A stretch of DNA of 63,430 nt, filler included, from Perkinsus chesapeaki ATCC PRA-425 (lineage: Eukaryota > Protista > Perkinsozoa), in assembly GCA_013115145.1 (NCBI GenBank). It is 9 parts of 9 records of this genome, joined end to end, with 100 filler letters (N's around TTAATTAATTAA, not from the genome) between each part and the next. Parts side by side here need not be neighbours in the genome. Positions count along the whole stretch, not along the records: positions 1 to 17,993 come from JAAPAO010000674.1; 8 more parts are not named here. One strand, given 5' to 3'. The notes beneath the pieces were generated by a model, which was not told the origin of the DNA, searched no databases, and was given only the letters and a program-made list of their open reading frames with translations. Within the stretch, counting starts at the first letter, position 1. Every line of letters starts with the position of its first letter. A program made the position numbers and the translations under genes. This document shows positions 1 to 15,838 of this stretch, one piece after another.

Positions 1-99
1 GTTTACAGTAGTCCTCACCTTATATAGTTTACAGTAGTCCTCACCTTATATAGTTTACAGTAGTCCTCACCTTATATAGTTTACAGTAGTCCTCACCTT
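1..99. repeat. 26-bp tandem repeat, about 3.8 copies, at contig end
   Basis: Unit GTTTACAGTAGTCCTCACCTTATATA starts at 1, 27, 53 and 79 (partial). Confidence 0.95.
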
Positions 100-122
100 T
101 GTCAGCATGTCATGTTGTAGCG

Positions 123-2727
123 ATGCCCTCATTAACCGATCTTGCCGAGCACATCTACCCTGAAGCTCTACTGCGTTATGCTGATGCTCGTAGCCTCGGT
201 AGGCTTGGAGGAAGCAACCACTTCTTCAAGACTTACACCGAGAGATCTTGTCTCTGGTCCGAAATCATGCAGCAGCTCGATCCCATGGGTGAGCCTGCTA
301 TCCATCGATACCTCTTTCATGCGAAACCCTCGTTAGATTGTCGTTATAAAACCCTTTGCAAAATGATAGAACATACCTTATGTGATGCTATATAGAGACC
401 CTAATAGGGTCACCCTATTCTGGATTTTGTCAGCTCCACCAACCGTCCATCAAACCTTCGAGGAGCTGAAGTCCCACGTTGTAGACTTGGATCCGAGCAC
501 TGCTGAGGTTCGCGTGGAGGACACGAACATCATGAACGCTGAAGTGGCCGTTGAGAACTATTGGGGGGCCCAAGGATCGCACTGTGTAAGTTTGACAGAC
601 TATGCCTGTCTCTGGCCTGACCACTTTTCAGTTGGTGCTTTCTGATCGCCTTGGCCTTCTCCTTCTGATGGGAGGTGGCTACTACAGTGAATCAGCCGGC
701 GGAGTTAATAACCTGGTGAGCTATGGAGAGATATACAGCCCAAACCGTATACTTACCACCGTATGAATCAAGACACTCGGCGATCTCCGGATGCCATACA
801 ATTTCACGGCTTGGAAGTTTAAACTTGCGGCCTCACTCGAACCTTTCTTTCGTTTTTTCTTCGAATATGAGAAGTTCAGTAATGCTTGTCGGTCTAGTCT
901 GCAGACTATCTAAGCTCCAACCTATATGACTATTCAAGTGTAGCATGGCTAATATAGCCTTACTTGGATCAGTATCGCAGTAGGTCTCTGAAGCGTATCT
1001 TCCCGCACGGTTTCTAGTTCGTCCGTAAACACAGTAGTCCTTATGACAGTACTTTGGGCACCGCACTGTATCTCGTATGACATAGAGTCTATGTGTGGAT
1101 ATCACTCCATAGCTCTGCCTCTAAGGTATGCAGAGCCCATCCATTTCAGCCATTACGCTCCGCTGCAGTAGTCGACACGAGAACATCACCAGTGACACTT
1201 ACCCCATGTCACTTTGAAGCACCCAACATGCACGGTGCTGCCTGCGACATCAGAACCGATGATTCAACCTCGCTCGTCCGAGCCGAAATAATCACCTTTG
1301 GCGGAGGCAATCATGTCGCGGCCAGTGCGGATCTTAGCCGTTTGACGCTGGAGTATCCCCACGGCGAAATTCTGGACGACCGACCGACCCTAACGAGCGA
1401 AATGATCGAGCCGGCGGAAGCCTCGCCGCGACCAGTAGCTCGCTCGGGCTGTCAGGGAGTTCTCTGGGGAGACTCGTTCATCCTGCATGCTGGCCGGGGC
1501 GTCAACAATGTATTTCTGGATGACCTCTGGGAGTTCGATTTCGGCAGCCGAAACTGGCAGCAAATAGAAGTCAGCGGTCCTTCGCCATCGCCGCGATTGT
1601 GGCACAGTTCCCAGAGAGTTGGAACTAAGTGGATCGTCTTTGGTGGGTGTGAATGGCGATTCTCACCGGACCTGGTTGACATGGAGGACAGCGGCAAGGT
1701 GTGGATCCTCGACCTTCCAACGTTGACCTGGACCAGCGTCTCGGACCCATCGGGCGTTGGTCCGCCGCTTATGCTGGGCAATGCTATGGTGGCTTTGTCC
1801 AGTAGAGAAATAATATCATTTGGCGGCTGCAAGACGTACAACTACGATCGGATATCTAGAAGCTATTCAGCTCTGTACGAAGATATCTGCGCACCCTGGA
1901 GATTTGACCTCAAATTGAGGAAGTGGGCCAAGGTGAGGTTTGGCGGAGCGAAACTATATGCAACCTTTGTTCAGATCGGCTGCAAGATGACGCTGCATGA
2001 ACCGGTTGAGCGGCAAGTGCTCGAGGTGCGCTTCCGCAGTCACTGCGGGGCGGCCTTCCTACCGTCACAGAAGAAAATTTATGTCTTTGGTAAGAACTTC
2101 TTATCACTTGACTTTTCTGAGGGATTCATAACTGTACGCTTTACTATGTATCGATCGAATGGCATCTATGTAGTTGCACCCTCTAAGCTGGGCTCCAGGA
2201 TAGGCCCCCATAGGAAATCAGTAACTAGGTAGCGCTATTGCGAGCCCCCCGAGCTGGTTATTACCAACGTCATTAGTCTAAGGAGTGGCTCAGACAATAG
2301 CTTTGGCGTGCCCACTGAGGAGCCTGGTTGATGGAACCTCCTAGTTCACTTTGATTGAGCTTTGCTCTCACTTCACCCGTTCCCGGCCTAGGTGGTTCGC
2401 GCTACTTCCTGGGTGAGTACTTCCACGAACTCATAGCGATCGATCTCGACGAGTCCAGTGTACCAAAGGATCGGCCCAAAGGTCACCTCAACCTTCTACA
2501 AGGTGTGCGATGGACGCGGCAGTTTCGGATATCACCCGGGGTCATCGGTCGAGCTCGGTGTCTCGTAAGGAACAGCCATGCGCCTCTTGTAACTCGGGCT
2601 TCTTTTCCAGGCGCGTGACGGTCTTATTGGACGAGAGGTGCTGAACCACCTCATTTACACTGACGGTGACCAAGATGAAGCCATGGTGCGTGATGATGAC
2701 TCTGTTAGCTTTGAAAGTGACGATTGA
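123..2727 (+). CDS. F-box/kelch-repeat protein (multi-exon)
   Basis: The N-terminus SLTDLAEHIYPEALLRYADARSLGRL...ERSCLW fits the F-box pattern. ORF 1093-2232 has kelch blades (HAGRG..FLDDLWEFDF..RNW, WIVFGG..VWILDLPTLTW, IISFGG..WRFDLKLRKW, KIYVFG). Later exons GGSRYFLGEYFHELIAIDLD and an acidic end ...SFESDD* (stop 2725-2727). Confidence 0.65.
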
Positions 2728-3065
2728 GCTCACGATATTCACTTTTACTCTTTGTTGCATTCATATTTCTATGCACATTGAGTGTCTGAGTGACTCGTGA
2801 GACAAGGAAAACTTCTAAGAGTATCCCACGGCAATTCTATCTGGGACTAAATAATCATCCGTACCTTAGTGAGCTCGCTGAGTGTGGACTCAGGCGGGTC
2901 ACGTAAGCCTGCTGCCATTCCGACCCGGAATGGGCTCCGGCGGATCGAGCTTGCCACCGTCAGATCCCAAAGTAGCCTCTCTCAAAGTCGCTGGCTCGTC
3001 TGTCTTCGAAAGCACAGCGAGCCCCGTCGTAGAAAACAGGCGTAACTAGTTTTTGTTATTCAATT

Positions 3066-7798
<4,733 letters not shown>

Positions 7799-7821
7799 CG
7801 TTTCATATAAACTAACCGTTT

Positions 7822-8700
7822 CTAAGATAAATTCATTGTTTCTCGCAACACACGGCACTCGCGTCTGTCAATGCCTACCGGCAGAAGAGAAGAGTCCAGC
7901 TCGGGGTATGTCTTAATCTCATCCGGGGGAAATCTCGTGAAATGGCATCCCGATTCAGCTTGCAGTCCGCTCCCTGTGTCCGAATAACGTAGATGATCGC
8001 ATAAACCTTGGGTCATTGCTCCACCCACATTTCAGCCTTTCCGCGGAACTTCGGGTTTGCCTTGGCCTCACTCCACGTACACGAGCCTTCCGACTGCCCA
8101 CGACCTGTATAACCCACCCGATCCAGCCACTTCGATTGGGGGCCTCCGCTCTCAATGGTGCGACAACCGCCTCTGATAATGTCACTTTCTCGAGATTCGG
8201 CCACCATGCAAGATATCACAACCAGGAGCGCATGGGAAACGATACTCCTAATCAGCATTCATCGCTCGGGTCTCGAGCTCCTATCAGGACATTCTCACGG
8301 GCCTCGGAATGAGTCGGCAGCCCAAGAGAGTCAGTACATTTGGCGAGTTTCAGTCTACACTCTAGGCCCTAGAGTCTAGGGTATGCAGGGAGGTATCGCC
8401 GCAGGAACAGTACTACTCCGAGGCTCACAAGCAGAATTACCTGATGGTATGTAGCCTACATAATGTAGGCATAGTGCAATCAGCAGTGTAGACATCTCCT
8501 TTCCCGATCCCTCATCCTGTACTTGGATCAGTGGAGAGAAAGGAACATGCGTCTGAGGTGAAGACACTTCATTGAGAGTGGAGAGCCGCCGGTGCCGGAC
8601 CCCCCCCGAGGCGGGAACGACGCCGCTGGCAGAGAGTTGACCCCACTCTTCTCGTGGATCTGGTCAAGGTCATCGACTTGATTCTCAAGTTAAGAATCAA
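7822..8700 (-). CDS. Hypothetical multi-exon protein, convergent with PEX6 (boundaries approximate)
   Basis: Successive minus-strand open segments with GT-AG-like breaks; last segment ends ...RETMNLS* at 7822. No family recognised. Confidence 0.3.
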
Positions 8701-9408
8701 GTGGATGACCGTCAAGGAGGTCTTAACCGGTAGATGGTACCACTGTCAGTTTACGACCGGGTTGACCCTATTAAGGACCCACTGCAAGATGGAGAAAGTG
8801 TCAGGCTGCCAGCGTGAGTGCTGCGACTTCCATCTCGTCTGCTTGATTTTTTGACGCGGGTATGAGGATTAGCGCTGCGAAGTGAGTAGGGAACTACATT
8901 TTCAGCACTAAAGATCGGAGCGAGGGTGATTCTGGCGATGTGGGGAGGAGAGATCCTGACGGGAGCCTTCGCGCCTAAGAGTCATCCTTCAGAATTCACA
9001 TGAGGCGAGTATGAAGTTTATACTTTAAACCGAAAAAACAAGTATAGATCGTTGAACTGGAGTATTACATACAAGATCAATCCAATCACTTAACGTCGTC
9101 AAGCTCAAATGGAGCACTCAATAGCGTGTGTATGCGTGCGAGCTATGCACTGCGAAGATATGTCAAGCAATTTGCGAGAACCTGCGCCGTGTAGCGCGTC
9201 AGAGCAGTGCGAATCTTGACCGGTCAATCTTCACCCGGTCTTGCTGGAAAGATTTTCGAACCTCCCCAGACTCGTCCAAATGGCCATGCAAAAAAAGCAC
9301 GCCTTTCGGTCACGCACTCATGCGCATTATGGCTGTCACGGGATTCTAGGATCAAGGGTATCGGTGAAACAGGTTATTTCAAACAACCGGTATATAATTC
9401 CATTCTAA

Positions 9409-10428
9409 ATGCTTCAGCGCTGCTTCACTATCGGTTTCCTTGTCGGTTCAGCGGCGGCCATGAAATTTATGGATGGTGATGTTATCGGTGTGGATAATGG
9501 TTCCCCAGTGAACGACCCTCTCTACACCTATCAAGAAAAGTATTTCGAAGCTATTAATATCCCTGCAGCATGGAAGCGCCTTGGATCGGCCAAAACGAAG
9601 AGAAGTAGGGTTACTGTAGCTCTCATCGACACCGGTGTTGAGCCTGACCACCCTGACCTTGTCGGTAATCTCGTTGAAGGTTACAATGTTATAAAGCGCA
9701 GCACTGCGACTCCTGATAACGATGGGCACGGTACGAACATGGCTGGTGTTCTTGGTGCTACTATTAATAACTCTATGGGAATAGCTGGTGTCATGGACCT
9801 TGTTAATATCATGCCTATTTCGTTGGAAAGGCGTTTCAAGGGCGACGCCGAGGCAGCTTCTTTTGATTACGCAATTCGTAACAGAGAAGCAAGAAATATC
9901 AAGATAATCTTGATGGCTATTTCAGGGTATACCCTTTGGAAGGAGTTAGCTTACAAAGTCTTTGAGGCAGATAAGGCCGGGATGCTCATCATTGTCTCTG
10001 CTGGAAATAATGGCAAGAATATCACCGTAGAAAGAAAATATCCATGCGCCCTTACGACGAAGGTGAAGACAATGTTGTGTGTTGCAGGGACAGAACAATC
10101 AGAGATGAAGCTAGGATCCTTCTCTAACTTCGCGGATTATGTCGACATCGCTGCGCCTGGTGATGATATCACGACAACTGGGATCTCTAAAGGAGCTAAC
10201 CTTTATCCTTACGAGTCGATTGAAGGAGCTTCACCGGCGGCAGCAATCATTGCTGGCGTTGCTGCAATGCTCTACAGCGTTGCTCCAGGAATATCAGCTA
10301 CTGATATTAAGAAGATTCTCAAAGACACTTCCACGAAAGGTCTTAAGGACTCCTCTGGTGACAAAACTCTTCCATTCGGACGAGTTAATGCCGATAAGGC
10401 CGTGGCTGAGCTGCTTCCAAGATGGTGA
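9409..10428 (+). CDS. Secreted subtilisin-like serine protease (S8), copy 1, intronless
   Basis: Signal peptide MLQRCFTIGFLVGSAAA. Triad motifs VALIDTG, DGHGTNMAG, EGASPA; oxyanion Asn in SAGNNG. Confidence 0.93.
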   Translation: MLQRCFTIGFLVGSAAAMKFMDGDVIGVDNGSPVNDPLYTYQEKYFEAINIPAAWKRLGSAKTKRSRVTVALIDTGVEPDHPDLVGNLVEGYNVIKRSTATPDNDGHGTNMAGVLGATINNSMGIAGVMDLVNIMPISLERRFKGDAEAASFDYAIRNREARNIKIILMAISGYTLWKELAYKVFEADKAGMLIIVSAGNNGKNITVERKYPCALTTKVKTMLCVAGTEQSEMKLGSFSNFADYVDIAAPGDDITTTGISKGANLYPYESIEGASPAAAIIAGVAAMLYSVAPGISATDIKKILKDTSTKGLKDSSGDKTLPFGRVNADKAVAELLPRW

Positions 10429-11304
10429 GTTCAGATATTCTAAAAATGGCCACGGTTTTCTTCGTTGCCCGCGACACTTTCAATGTTCTTTTGCCATTCT
10501 AAGGCTACATTTTCTTGGATTCGCTGTCGTTAGTACCAGTGTCAATGCTTAAGTCTCGCTTTGATCAAGGCGCAACCTAACGTGATTTTTGATTGCGTTT
10601 TTAGCTGTGTGACAACGTCAGTCGCTTTAGAACCCAGATTAGGCTAGTAAAGGTTGTAGCCAGGCTTCAAGGTAAGTAGCTTAGCTGCTACTGAAGTTCA
10701 GTGACTGAACCCATCCTCTATAGATATGAATATCCTAAATAATGTAGCTGTAGGGTGAACTTTCACGGCAAATTATAGTTATAATACGAGAAGATAATAA
10801 TGCGCAATACCCCTGTCAAGGTCATATAAACACAAATTTACTTGCTGTAAACCAGTTGGCATGTTTGAAGATTGATGTCCATTGATGCTTTCTGTTGTCA
10901 CTTGAGCGGCGCAGCTCGCTCTCTTGAGCCTTGGGTACCGCAGTTCAGCACAAGGTGCTCCCTGAACAGTGATGCTCCAGCACGAGCTGTTTTAATCCGC
11001 ACAAACTACCTCGTACGGTCTCATGACCCACGCATGCTTTCATATAATGTGTGCAAGGTTTTCGCATACAGGCGAGATCATATGACTGAGAGGTAGCGAG
11101 AAAACGATCGAGCTACTCGCTTCTGCGATTAATTGGTATGCTGCTACCGTTTCATAACTATTTTCACGAGAGCTCCGTCGCTCCACACATACTCGTTCCA
11201 AGGAGCACCGCTTGGAGATGCCGCAAATCCAGCAAGAGTGCGTTATAGTATCATTTATTGTTATCCACAGTCCCTCGGCGAATATTGGATTCTCCTTATT
11301 ACAA

Positions 11305-12321
11305 ATGCTTCAGCGCTGCTTCACTATCGGTTTCCTTGTCGGTTCAGCGGCGGCCATGAAATTTATGGATGGTGATGTTGTCGGTGTGGATAATGGTTCC
11401 CCAGTGAACGACCCTCTCTACACCTATCAAGAAAAGTATTTCGAAGCTATTAATATCCCTGCAGCGTGGAAGCGCCTTGCATCGGCCAAAACGAAGAGAA
11501 GTAGGGTTACTGTAGCTCTCATTGACACCGGTGTAGAACGTAACCATCCGGACCTTGTCGGTAATCTCGTCAGGGGTTATAATGTTATAAAGCACGGCAC
11601 TGCGACTCCTGACAGTCATGGGCACGGTACGAACATGGCCGGTGTTCTTGGTGCTACTATTAATAACTCTATGGGAATATCTGGTGTCATGGACCTTGTT
11701 AATATCATGCCTATTTCTTTGGAAGCGCGCTTCGAGGGCAACGCCGAGGCAGCTTCTTTTGATTACGCAATTCGTAACAGAGAAGCAAGGAATATCAAGA
11801 TAATCTTGATGGCTATTTCAGGGTATACCCTTTGGAAGGAGTTAGCTTACAAAGTCTTTGAGGCAGATAAGGCCGGGATGCTCATCATTGTCTCTGCTGG
11901 AAATAATGGCAAGAATATCACGGCAGAAAGAAAATATCCATGCGCCCTTACGACGAAGGTGAAGACAATGTTGTGTGTTGCGGGGACAGAACAATCAGAG
12001 ATGAAGCTAGGATCCTTCTCTAACTTCGCGGATTATGTCGACATCGCTGCACCTGGTAGAAAAATTGTAACAACTGGGATCACCAAAGGAGCTAGACTTC
12101 ATCCTTATGAGATAATTGGAGGAACTTCACCGGCGGCCGCAATCATTGCTGGCGTTGCTGCAATGCTCTACAGCGTTTCTCCAGGAATATCAGCTACTGA
12201 TGTTAAGAAGATTCTCAAAGACACTTCCGCGCAAGGTCTTAAGGACTCCTCCGGAAATAAATCTCTTCCATTCGGCCGAGTTGATGTCGATAAGGCCGTG
12301 GCTAAGCTGGTTCCAAGATGA
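11305..12321 (+). CDS. Secreted subtilisin-like serine protease (S8), copy 2, intronless
   Basis: ATG at 11305. About 90% aa identity to copy 1 by manual alignment; LIDTG, HGHGT, GGTSPA motifs. Confidence 0.93.
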   Translation: MLQRCFTIGFLVGSAAAMKFMDGDVVGVDNGSPVNDPLYTYQEKYFEAINIPAAWKRLASAKTKRSRVTVALIDTGVERNHPDLVGNLVRGYNVIKHGTATPDSHGHGTNMAGVLGATINNSMGISGVMDLVNIMPISLEARFEGNAEAASFDYAIRNREARNIKIILMAISGYTLWKELAYKVFEADKAGMLIIVSAGNNGKNITAERKYPCALTTKVKTMLCVAGTEQSEMKLGSFSNFADYVDIAAPGRKIVTTGITKGARLHPYEIIGGTSPAAAIIAGVAAMLYSVSPGISATDVKKILKDTSAQGLKDSSGNKSLPFGRVDVDKAVAKLVPR

Positions 12322-13562
12322 TGAGCTCAGATATTCCGAAAATCGTTACGGTTTTTTATTTATTCATGACGGTTCCGATGATCTTTAGTCATTCTGAGGC
12401 TACATTGCCTCGGATTCGCTGTCATTAGTACGAGTGTCGATCAATAAGTCTAACCCCCGTCAATCCCGTCGATCCTCCAACCTTTCCCGCGTCGAGCGGT
12501 CCTCGTCAGCAAGGCTTAACCTAAAATGGCCTTCTGAAGTTGCGTTGTTAACAGTAAGGTAACTTCAACTTCAATCGCCTTAGAGCCCAGCTTAAGCCAG
12601 TAAGGGATATGCCTCTCAACCTCGAATTCAATCCTAGACGAAAACGCTCCAATCATGATTCATCGACCGACACTTCTTCGAGTCCCGTCGAAACAGGGAC
12701 TTATCCTTAACTTAAAATAAATCGCACAACGCGCAAGGAAGACTGGCCGTTTTACTGAAGTTGAAACATTCGCGTCAGGCGACAGTGACACAAACAGCTG
12801 CAGCACTCAAAGTAGTTATCCCGTACCTTATCAGCTTGAGTTTTGCTCGGGTCATATCGGCGCTCCAAGTGCGCTTCCGGGCTGGCGAAGGATGCGGCTC
12901 TCCCACCATGTAAGCCTGCCCCTCCCCAGCCTCTTTTCAGTTTCCTTCATGTTCATTTCTCGCATAACGATTCTTATCCGCTACGCACGGGTGTCCCGCC
13001 ACCTTGCAGTACTTTCTCGGCGTAAGCCGCCACGGGGCATGTCGCTGCACCCCCCTCAACCCAGGCTCCCTCCCGCTCACGAAAGGACCCCTTTCCAACT
13101 GCTGGGAAGCAGTTCCGGCCAATTCCAGCCAGAAGCTGGACGCTCCGGATCGCTGGGTGCGAACACGCTCGCGCGCCCAGCCCTCCCCTCCGACGGTTCC
13201 ATGTCTGCGAGGGCCTGAATCTCCGCAGCCAGGTCCTGTATCCTAAGCACATCATCGTCTGGCAGGTACCTCCCAGTCCTCGTAGTTAGAGGTTTGAAAC
13301 CTGTTTCCAAGCGTGAAATTCACGCTTGCGAAGGCTTTTTTCGTGCACTAGAGCTTTGTCACTTCCCAACGCGCAAGATAGGACATGGTGCTACACCTGG
13401 CGTACGGTGGCAAGAGCCTGCGTGCATCTCTGGTAAATATACACCTTTTGTTTACCTCACCTCGACTACTCCGTCTGGTTGAAGTGTATCCACCCGTCGA
13501 GGTACCCGAGGTGAGGAACCTTCGGAGTTCGAAGTTCGGACGTGTGTTTCTTTTCGCACAAC

Positions 13563-13621
13563 CTCTTTGCGCACAACATGTGATGACCGTACTACGGTCA
13601 TCACATGTTGTGCGCAAAGAG
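13563..13621. repeat. Perfect 59-bp palindrome (29-bp arms, 1-nt centre)
   Basis: CTCTTTGCGCACAACATGTGATGACCGTA-C-TACGGTCATCACATGTTGTGCGCAAAGAG. Confidence 0.97.
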
Positions 13622-14402
13622 CGCGGTCACCGTACAATGACTCCAAATTCGGACTCCAAATCAGTAAGGGTGCATCTGAGTTGCGCGCATGTACGATTCC
13701 TCCACAGTGCGTTGCACTTCTTCACTTCCCTCTATCTGTGTCACCAATGGTAGCGTCGTCTGGCTCGGTGAGCGAAGGATTCAAAAAAGCTGCATCAATG
13801 TGAACGACGTAATCCTATGCCCTTCTCTATTGCTTACAACACAATGGGAAGGATACACAATATAATTACTGCATATTCGACGGGTGCGGACTCGGTAAGA
13901 ACTTCCAAGAATATCCCATTTTGACTTTTCACCTCGCTGCGTGAAACTGCGATACCTCTGCTCACTTCTACGACTTGCAAGCCCCATTTATATCACAAAA
14001 TTTCGCGCTCCAGGTAACTGTACTGTGTGACACACAGTGTGTGTCAGTATACTTTACATCAGCACAAACTAACCTGCTTAGCGCGTAATCACAATACTCG
14101 TAGTTACGCTGATAGTTGTTGATATTGATGGCACAGGCGTGAGGGATCCGTTGCTCAAGCTAACTATAAGTAGCATTCATGCAACATACAGTAGCACTCG
14201 ACAAACTATGGCGGTTTTCCTCATTGTGAGAATACCGCGCGGTAGGTTCCAGTGTCTCGTATTTGCGCCGGAAAGCTCCGCTAAAGGCGATGATCATCAC
14301 GGAACAAAATGCTCCACGAAGGAAAGGTGTTTCATCGCACCGTTCACTCAGGTTCCACTTCCTTATAGTTTGTAACTCACAAACACTTGTTATAGTTTCG
14401 GC

Positions 14403-15413
14403 ATGTGGTATCGCTACTCCTACCTCCCCTCCCTCATCTGCTCGGTAACTTCTATTATGAACAACGAAGCTGGGATCGGCAAACCGAGTGGTCCTCCTGT
14501 GAATGACCCCATTTATTCGAAGCAAGCCTCCTACTTAGAAGCTATCAATGTTCCCGCAGCATGGAGACGCCTGACTTCGACGAGGGTGAAGAGAAAGAAG
14601 GTTACCGTAGCTCTTATCGATAGCGGAGTTAAGCCTGACCATCCGGACCTAGTCGGTAACCTCGTCACTGGTTATAATGTCATAAGACACAACACTAACA
14701 CTAGTGACCCGAATGGACATGGTACAAACATGGCTGGTGTCTTTGGTGCTACTATTAATAACTCTGTCGGTATAGCTGGTGTCATGGACCTCGTTAATAT
14801 TTTGCCCATTTCTGTCGAGAACTACTTTATCGGCGACCACTCGGATTCCTTCGATTATGCCATTCGCAACAAGAAAACCAGAGATATTAGTATAATTCTT
14901 ATGGCAATATCGGGTGGCATCTTCAGAGAAGGGGTTGCTAATAAGATCAAAGAAGCTGTAAAGGCAGGAATGCTCGTTATCGTCACTGCTGGAAATAAGG
15001 GCAAGAATATCACCACCGACAAAGCATATCCCTGCGCCCTTACTGCACAGTTGCCGGGTATGTTATGTGTTGCTGGGACTGAAAATACGGAGATGAAGCT
15101 AGCGCCATTCTCAGACTATGCAAACTACGTGGATATCGCTGCTCCTGGTGCTGATATTGCAACCACGGGTATTGCCACCGGAACCAATCGTTTTGCTTAT
15201 GAGATAGTCGGAGGAACCTCACCGGCGTCCGCTATCATTGCTGGAGTGGCTGCTATGCTTTACAGTCTCGCCCCCAATCTTACCCCTGCTGATGTTAAAA
15301 AGATAATCAAAGATACCTCTACGAAGGGTCTCAAGGATAGCACGGGAAAGACTACTTTTCCGTTCGGACGAGTTGACGCCGACAAGGCCGTCGCGAAGCT
15401 CATCCCAAGATAG
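14403..15413 (+). CDS. Secreted subtilisin-like serine protease (S8), copy 3, intronless
   Basis: Hydrophobic N-terminus; LIDSG, NGHGTNMAG, TAGNKG, GGTSPA; more diverged paralogue. Confidence 0.92.
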   Translation: MWYRYSYLPSLICSVTSIMNNEAGIGKPSGPPVNDPIYSKQASYLEAINVPAAWRRLTSTRVKRKKVTVALIDSGVKPDHPDLVGNLVTGYNVIRHNTNTSDPNGHGTNMAGVFGATINNSVGIAGVMDLVNILPISVENYFIGDHSDSFDYAIRNKKTRDISIILMAISGGIFREGVANKIKEAVKAGMLVIVTAGNKGKNITTDKAYPCALTAQLPGMLCVAGTENTEMKLAPFSDYANYVDIAAPGADIATTGIATGTNRFAYEIVGGTSPASAIIAGVAAMLYSLAPNLTPADVKKIIKDTSTKGLKDSTGKTTFPFGRVDADKAVAKLIPR

Positions 15414-15838
15414 TTGTGTGTGGGTTATTGAAAAGGAGCCACGGCACATACTGCTCTGAAGATCTCTAATCAGGCTTTAGTAAAATTTGTAGTTGGTAAT
15501 TTTTGATCCGTTGATGCCATGTAACGGAGCTCTTATCGGTCCTTTACTATGAACTCGAGTATTAACAGCAGTATGTGCAACTGAATAGCTGAACCTTGTC
15601 TCGATCACTCTCGTCTAGCATGGATGTTTTGTTAGTATTGGGGAGACTATTCTGTTGAGGCATGAGCACCAATTGTGCCAGAAAGGTTCAAGCGTTCAGC
15701 CGGTTTTACCTTATGCCCTGCTCGCGCATCCGGGCTAGTCATTTTCTTGTGGGATCATCCTTCACTTGTAGCTTTCCTTCGTATATATTGAAGCCTTATC
15801 GACATACCGCCCATTACAAATCACGACTGCAGCCTGCC

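Noticed and set aside
10919-10932. Possible spliced-leader relic (CTTGAGCC, reverse of GGCTCAAG)
   Set aside because: Only 8 nt match the 22-nt dinoflagellate/Perkinsus-type leader; expected by chance.
12840-13340. GC-rich cluster of overlapping short ORFs between subtilases 2 and 3
   Set aside because: No recognisable motif in any frame; possibly an element relic but unsupported.
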